Origin: Octopus vulgaris
Taxonomy: Eukaryota
NCBI GenBank assembly: GCA_951406725.2
Contig: OX597817.1
Coordinates: forward strand, 153,202,001-153,266,000
Length of the DNA stretch: 64,000 nt
Direction of reading: 5' to 3'
Below, one piece after another: positions 57,919 to 64,000 of this stretch. Under the pieces are notes generated by a model. It did not search any database, was not told the DNA's origin, and saw only the letters and a program-made list of their open reading frames with translations. Position 1 is the stretch's first letter. Every line of letters begins with the position of its first letter. The position numbers and the translations under genes are program-made.

Positions 57919-58519
57919 ACATCGGAATCGGTAAAAATACACCGACACGATCTAAAACCTGGCCCTGTGCCTTGTTTGCTGTGAATGCGCGAGCGGGATC
58001 TTTACGAATCTGCCCATCCACGATTGGAAATAAAGAGATAGTATCGCAAATCTAAACCCTCTAAATTCATGAACTATTGTGGGTGAGGTGAAATCCAGAG
58101 CTAATTCTCGTCGCCAGAATTTTAACAAAGAAAAATCTGAGGTGATTTATTAACATAAAACTGAATATCTACTAAATAATCATAAATTTTCACATTTTTT
58201 CCTGATCACCTCCTTCTTAATCCCGAAAAACATCGTGACCATTGGCCCAGCCATTTGACCGAGAAAACAAACGGACATGACGCCCATATAGTAAGAAATT
58301 GACTTACTTCCCTTTGCTCATTTTAGTTATCTCTCCCTTAATTTTTATTTACTTTTAATGCCCGTAAACTGAACAATTATCCACAATATCCACTAAATAA
58401 TCATACTTTTTCACATTTTTTCGCTAAAAATCTTCTCGATTCCTTCTTCGTAATCCCGAAAAACTTCGTGACCATTGGTCTAACCGTTTGAATGTGAAGA
58501 GGACACAGACAGACGGACA
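57919..58519 (-). mobile_element. Helitron relic with Pif1-helicase motif fragment and duplicated 5' segment
   Basis: AFTANKAQGQVLDRVGVFLP matches the Pif1/RepHel T.NK.QGQ.L..VG motif. A|TCTTACTATAATAGG...(GTCT)n 5' end at 58519. 58170-58298 and 58392-58520 are diverged direct repeats. Confidence 0.65.
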
Positions 58520-59588
58520 TATCTCCTATTATAGTAAGATATCGCTTGGAGAAATGAATCCATGAAGATCAACCTGATGTCCACGGATACTACGGACTAC
58601 ACTATAATCATCCCAGGAATATAGCCTGTGATCTTAAGAGACATGTGATTTGTGGAAACGCGCGTAGTAATGCATTGAATGTTTACAAATGCCACCCAAA
58701 GATTATTGGTATTATTACTATATATCAACAGAATTGAAGGTATGATAACATCTGGTATTACTGTTATTGCTGGTTATTTTGCTGTTGAACACTGAACAAC
58801 TCTGAATACACTTATGTTAAAACAAGCAATTCAACCACGATCAACATGTCCAAGTGTATATCGAGAATTATATTGCCAAGTGTGTTCTTCCTTGTATTTT
58901 CCTTTTATTTCTTTTAATATGTCATGATTTAATCTGAGCTATATTTCACTGCTATTTCTAGCGAGTTCAGCAACCATGCAGAAGCTTCGTACCGTAAAAA
59001 ACATTCTGGATGTGCTGTCGGTGCAAAAGGTATGATTTCCCTGATAGTCAGATTACTTTTGTTTTTCTAGCAGCAAGCTGTGTTCCTTACATGGCCAAGT
59101 GGTATTTCCTTTAAAGTATTTTTAATTTGTTGTGTAGGTGGTCAATGGGCGTGGCTTCCATACAACCAGTGATGATACGAAGTGTGCTATTTCCCCCTGT
59201 AGCTAAAACCTGGTCATGTCAAAGCTGCCGTGGAAGTTGTCACTGGATGTCAGTATTGTTTTTATATTTCTGTCAGTTGAACGGATTTCCTCAAGCAACT
59301 AATCAGGTCTCACAAACGTTGGTGCTAATAGCGCTGATATAAATAAAAAAAAGGAAAAGAAAATGTAGAATATTTAATAAATTTCCAATTGTTGTGTCTT
59401 TCAAACTTCATTTTAACATTTCCTGGCTACTCTAGCTTTATTTACAGCGTAATTAAAGGACACACGCAAATATACAGACGGACAAACACACGTGGTCATA
59501 CATGAGCGTTAGGACACATACAGCCGCATATGCATATATATATGCATACATGTATATATATATGCATACATGTATATATATATATATA

Positions 59589-59733
59589 AGTCAATAAATA
59601 GTGGGGTTGGGTTGACCACACGTGAAGAAATGATAGGCAAGGAAAAATTATAAAAAGGCAGAATGCTAATACACCCATTTTCATTAGAATTTACCTTCAA
59701 TTTAGCATTCTGCCTTTTTATAATTTTTCCTTG

Positions 59734-59738
<5 letters not shown>
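59589..59738 (-). mobile_element. 150-bp fold-back miniature of the Penelope-like element, in (TA)n
   Basis: The tail at 59589-59632 matches 20744-20787 (38 of the first 42 nt). Perfect 37-bp arms 59633-59669 and 59702-59738 resemble the pseudo-LTR end. Confidence 0.85.
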
Positions 59739-59782
<44 letters not shown>

Positions 59783-60032
59783 TTGAAATGGAAAGATGAA
59801 TTTTCTTGTTACAGATTATTCAAAAGTTTAACCGATACCTGGGTAGCAAAAATCACAGCAGAAAAAAACACGGTTGGAGATAAGACCATTGGGTGTTGCA
59901 ACCGTGCGTTGGTGCGGATAATTGAAGTTTAATATAATTAGTGAATGGAAAATTGTGGCCTTTGAAACATGTGTAGAATGTAATAAAAGGAATTCTGTAC
60001 AATCTTCGTTCAACTCCATTTCTTCCATTCAC

Positions 60033-60081
<49 letters not shown>

Positions 60082-60086
<5 letters not shown>

Positions 60087-60239
60087 TAATCCAAACAAGA
60101 AAACAAAAAAGACAACAACGCAAAGAGGTGGAACAATTAAAGTATTATTAGGCGCTCAGGAAAAACGGGAAGAAGGAGGGTATGACGTTTCGAGCGGAGT
60201 TCTACGTCGGAAACATAAGAGAAAGAAAGATCCCGAGGT

Positions 60240-60242
<3 letters not shown>
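60082..60242 (-). mobile_element. (TA)n-embedded pseudo-LTR-like relic with degenerate hammerhead core
   Basis: Minus strand CCGACGT-A-GAAC-tcc-GCTC-GAAA-CG-TC at 60184-60210. A related motif lies at 62521-62546. Confidence 0.55.
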
Positions 60243-60295
<53 letters not shown>

Positions 60296-60408
60296 TATAT
60301 ACATGTATATATATATATATATACATATGCATATATATGCGCACACGCACGCACGCATATATGTATGCACATACGCTTGAATGCACGTACATACATAGAC
60401 ATGTACTC

Positions 60409-60447
<39 letters not shown>

Positions 60448-60855
60448 AATGGGACGAGCGAAAAACAAACGAAAGCAAAACAAACAGAAAATAATAAGCA
60501 AACATTGTTGTGAAGAAAATTTATTGCTCTCTATGGAGAAGAAAATATGGAAATTTATGGAAGAAGCTTAAAGACAACAACGAATGATACCTAGGGATAC
60601 CAAGATGAATTAGATACGGGATGGTTGTTGATCAATTGTATTGATCAATTGGAGTTTGTCACGTGACTTCTGTGTCATAGATCAATTTGTCTCCGATGTC
60701 GTTGTGTAGGACCCAGAAGGTACACACGACCTGTAGCAGAGGGGGTCAACTATTGTCAATGACTTTTGCTAAGCAAGCATACATACACACACGCGCGTGC
60801 AGGCACCCCCCCCCCACACACACACACGGGCACATACATATACAAACGCATATAA

Positions 60856-60897
<42 letters not shown>

Positions 60898-62381
60898 GTG
60901 TGTAAATATATGCACATATATGTATCTAAATATATGCAGAACAGTGTGAAAGCAGGAAAGTAGAAATATCATAGGGGATTCATAATTTAATTGTTCACTA
61001 CAGCTGTTTCAACGAATAGTTTCAAAATATCTTTTATATCTACGTAATGCTGTGGATATATGCTTATGGTGCTTATATCCCAACTTGTTATATATATACA
61101 TATATGTATGAGTGCGTGTGTGTGTATGTGTGTGTATAAAAGATAAATTATTATTATATTGAAATTATCATCGCTTCCAGACAAGTGGCCCAAGCGTTTT
61201 GTAGCAACAAGTATCCATTCTAAACGAAAGGAAGGTAATGACAAAAATCAAGAATTCTTCTGACTTGGCATGCCACTAAGAAAAATATCAGTCCTAGGAG
61301 GCGAGTTGTGAACGATTGTTTCTGTCCTAATAGGCGTCATCAGAACAACAGTAGCTCTACTTTATTGTGAGCAGATACGAGACTTAGCCATTTACGAAAA
61401 GAGAACATACCTATAGCCTATGCAATTTGCATGAATGAAACGAAAATGTGCTAAGAAGAATAACTCTGGCTGGCCAATGGTATCTATTTGCACATGAGTG
61501 GCGAATTAGAGTATATCAAAAAACATTGAAAATAAATTCTTGGTTTATTGAAATTAGTTTCGTTTCCAGAGATGGTAGTCAAACCACTTAGTACCAATTG
61601 GTGCCAACTCTAAACTGAAAAGAAAGGCAGTTCTGAATTATCTTTCCTTACTCATTTTCGTTATTTTTCCTTTCTCAATTTCGTTAATTTTGGTATATAC
61701 TCAAAAGTATTCAAAAATTTATCCTTTTGGTTATGATATTCTTCTTGATATTTTTCTTGATAACCCTAAATTTTATCTTTATACAATATAACATTATTGT
61801 TGAAATCATTGAACTATAGTACCCCATGATAAAATTTCCCCTGTATTATCATCATTGGTTTTATTAGAGTCTTGCCCCTTTGATAACTAACATCTTGATT
61901 TAAGTTCTTCCTTTAGAAACCTCATTATAGACAGTTACGTTATCACTACTTCAAACTAATCTTGATAAGTTTTATGACTATACCCAATATGATTTTGTCA
62001 ACTCCCTCAGGCCCTTTCCTAACAGACAATGCTCTTTGGTTTTAGATTTTGATATACAAAGATTTGATAAACAAGACTATAGATTAAAACCCACCCCAAA
62101 ATCAGTGACAAGCTAGATCTCTAACAAGTTTTTTTCCTGAAGTCTCAGTAGCTTCTAAGCTGAAGTGAATACACCATGGACTTTGTCTTCTTACCCTTTT
62201 AGAGGATTTAGGTAAAATTATACAAATGTGTCCGACTGATTAAATAAATACAATTTATTTATTTATATAGCTGAGGCTAGCCCTGCATTTAAATTGATGT
62301 AATAATTGCATTGTTCAACTAAATGGAGTCGCTTGGAACGATCGTACTGCATCACCTCTGGATAGCCTGTTGCTTATTTTG

Positions 62382-62426
<45 letters not shown>

Positions 62427-62429
<3 letters not shown>

Positions 62430-62610
62430 CCAATTCAAATAAACGAATTTGATTAACAGACAAAAGAGGACGTGCACAAGGAATGTATTAGCTTGACGCT
62501 CGGTGAGAGGAGAGGGCTTAATGTTTTGAGCATAGCTCTTCGTCGAAAAGGAGAAAGGGAAAACTTCAAAGAAGGAAAAGAAATTGCCAACAGCTCGTTT
62601 GCATACATAT
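62427..62610 (-). mobile_element. Relic related to 60082-60242, adjacent to (TA)n
   Basis: Minus strand TCGACGA-A-GAGC-tat-GCTC-AAAA-CATT. Shares the TATTAG...CGCTC.G context with the 60-kb copy. Confidence 0.5.
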
Positions 62611-63179
62611 ATAAATGGTGGCTGTCCCCTCGTTATCGAGTATGGCCATTACACGAAGCTTAATCAATGTTGTTATCGTGCAATGTCTGTGCAAGAAGAT
62701 TTTTTTTAAAGTGAGGAAAGGCTGTGCACCGAGTCAATCCCACTCACTAACCAACAGCAGCCATAACCCGAAAAGAAGAACAAGTCAACATCATCGGTAA
62801 CCACTGTGCCGCAGGTTTTATGTCAGAGTTATCCCAGTTACCTGAGTTACCTTCTCCTAGAAGGATGCCCTAACAAAGGCTAGGAGTCCTTCACTCCCAA
62901 TGGTTTAACCGGTTGATTGGGTATTCAGTCCGATTATTTCTATGTCCCCGCGCATGATACAGCCTTAAGACATTTATTGGATGGCCGTTGACTCTCAAGA
63001 GTTCCTCCGCCCTTTGACGGGTTTCATTTTGCATCCTGCAGTGTGTCCAATAAACACCCTCCTCACCAAGCAAACTTGGTGGGGTTGCCGGTTTAGTCGC
63101 CGACGACCCGACCATGCAAAAGGTTGTACTGGGTTGCATGTTACCAGTAGCACTCGAAAGTGAGCTAACATAACATATA

Positions 63180-63500
63180 TAACATATATAAATACACACA
63201 TGTAAAGACATCCATATTTCGCAGGACACATTTCGACTTCTCCAAACAAGATGGAATACTATCTAAAGAGCACAATAAAGTATTTAAAATGAATTAAAGT
63301 GGTTTCATCAACTCTCACTTGAAAAGGCCAAACAGATTGAAAAGCTCTTCTCGATTCCAGCTTCTTCATCAAGGGATCAAATAAATGAATCGACACTAAA
63401 ATAGTAACCGAAAGTAATCTCAGCTTCGCTACTTTTCTTTTCACGACACTCCTAATCTTGCAACTCTTGTCATCCACATTTTCATTCCGAAGTCATGTGT
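63180..63500 (-). pseudogene. Possible piggyBac-type transposase relic
   Basis: DDKSCKIRSVV ... VRVDETTLIHFK ... PAKYG occur in the order of the piggyBac motifs DK..KIR, VDE...FKG and KPAKYG. Heavily decayed. Confidence 0.3.
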
Positions 63501-63956
63501 TTTAAACTCCATCTATATTTTGCAAGTCCTTTACCAGCTCTATTGTAAGACAAATAACATTTCGTTAACAATATTCATATGTAATGAGTTATGCTCTTTA
63601 TAACTTTCTAAATGCACAATGCAATAGTCCCAGCGCCCCTGATAGGTCATAGATATTTTTCGAACCAGTGGTGCTGATGAAAGAGCAATAACTTTTGAAA
63701 TATGTATCTACACTCTTTACCTATTTTTTCGTTCTTCGATTACATTGTTTACATAAACGTATTCGTATAGGAGACGTCGTAGTTTTCAGTGTTGTCTCTG
63801 AATTCTAAAGAAAATCTGTAGAGCTAAACTTAAAAACGAATATATATTTATATGTGTGTGTGCGTGCGTGTATCTTTCAATCAGTTACTTATCGGTCTCT
63901 ATTTGTCGAACCATTCTAAGTTATAGAAGCAATATAAAAAGCACTGAGTATAAACA

Positions 63957-64000
63957 TAGGCGTAGGAGTGACTGTGTGGTAAGTAGCTTGCTTACGAACC
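63957..64000 (+). mobile_element. SINE family B head, cut by the window end
   Basis: TAGGCGTAGGAGTGACTGTGTGGTAAGTAGCTTGCTTAC. Confidence 0.85.

Overview
Eukaryotic, AT-rich, repeat-saturated DNA with no host protein-coding gene that I can support. The microsatellite density and the tRNA-derived SINE families suggest an octopus/cephalopod genome (inference), and most ORFs in the track are microsatellite translations. Real content: (1) a near-intact Penelope-like element (RT + Cys linker + GIY-YIG, Neptune-like) with ~910-bp inverted pseudo-LTRs, inserted in (TA)n; (2) several small (TA)n-embedded fold-back or relic elements carrying hammerhead-ribozyme-like cores with variant catalytic boxes, one of them a clear miniature of the Penelope element; (3) decayed R4/Dong-type LINEs and a young ~550-bp non-coding element present three times in (TAA)n; (4) a full-length dead mariner, a deleted Tc1/mariner, a 5'-truncated CR1/L2-group LINE, CRE-like and Tx1-like LINE fragments, and Helitrons; (5) many SINEs and tandem repeats. 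The best candidate for a new system is a microsatellite-targeted network of an autonomous Penelope element plus ribozyme-bearing mini-elements. All alignments and RNA folds were done by eye.
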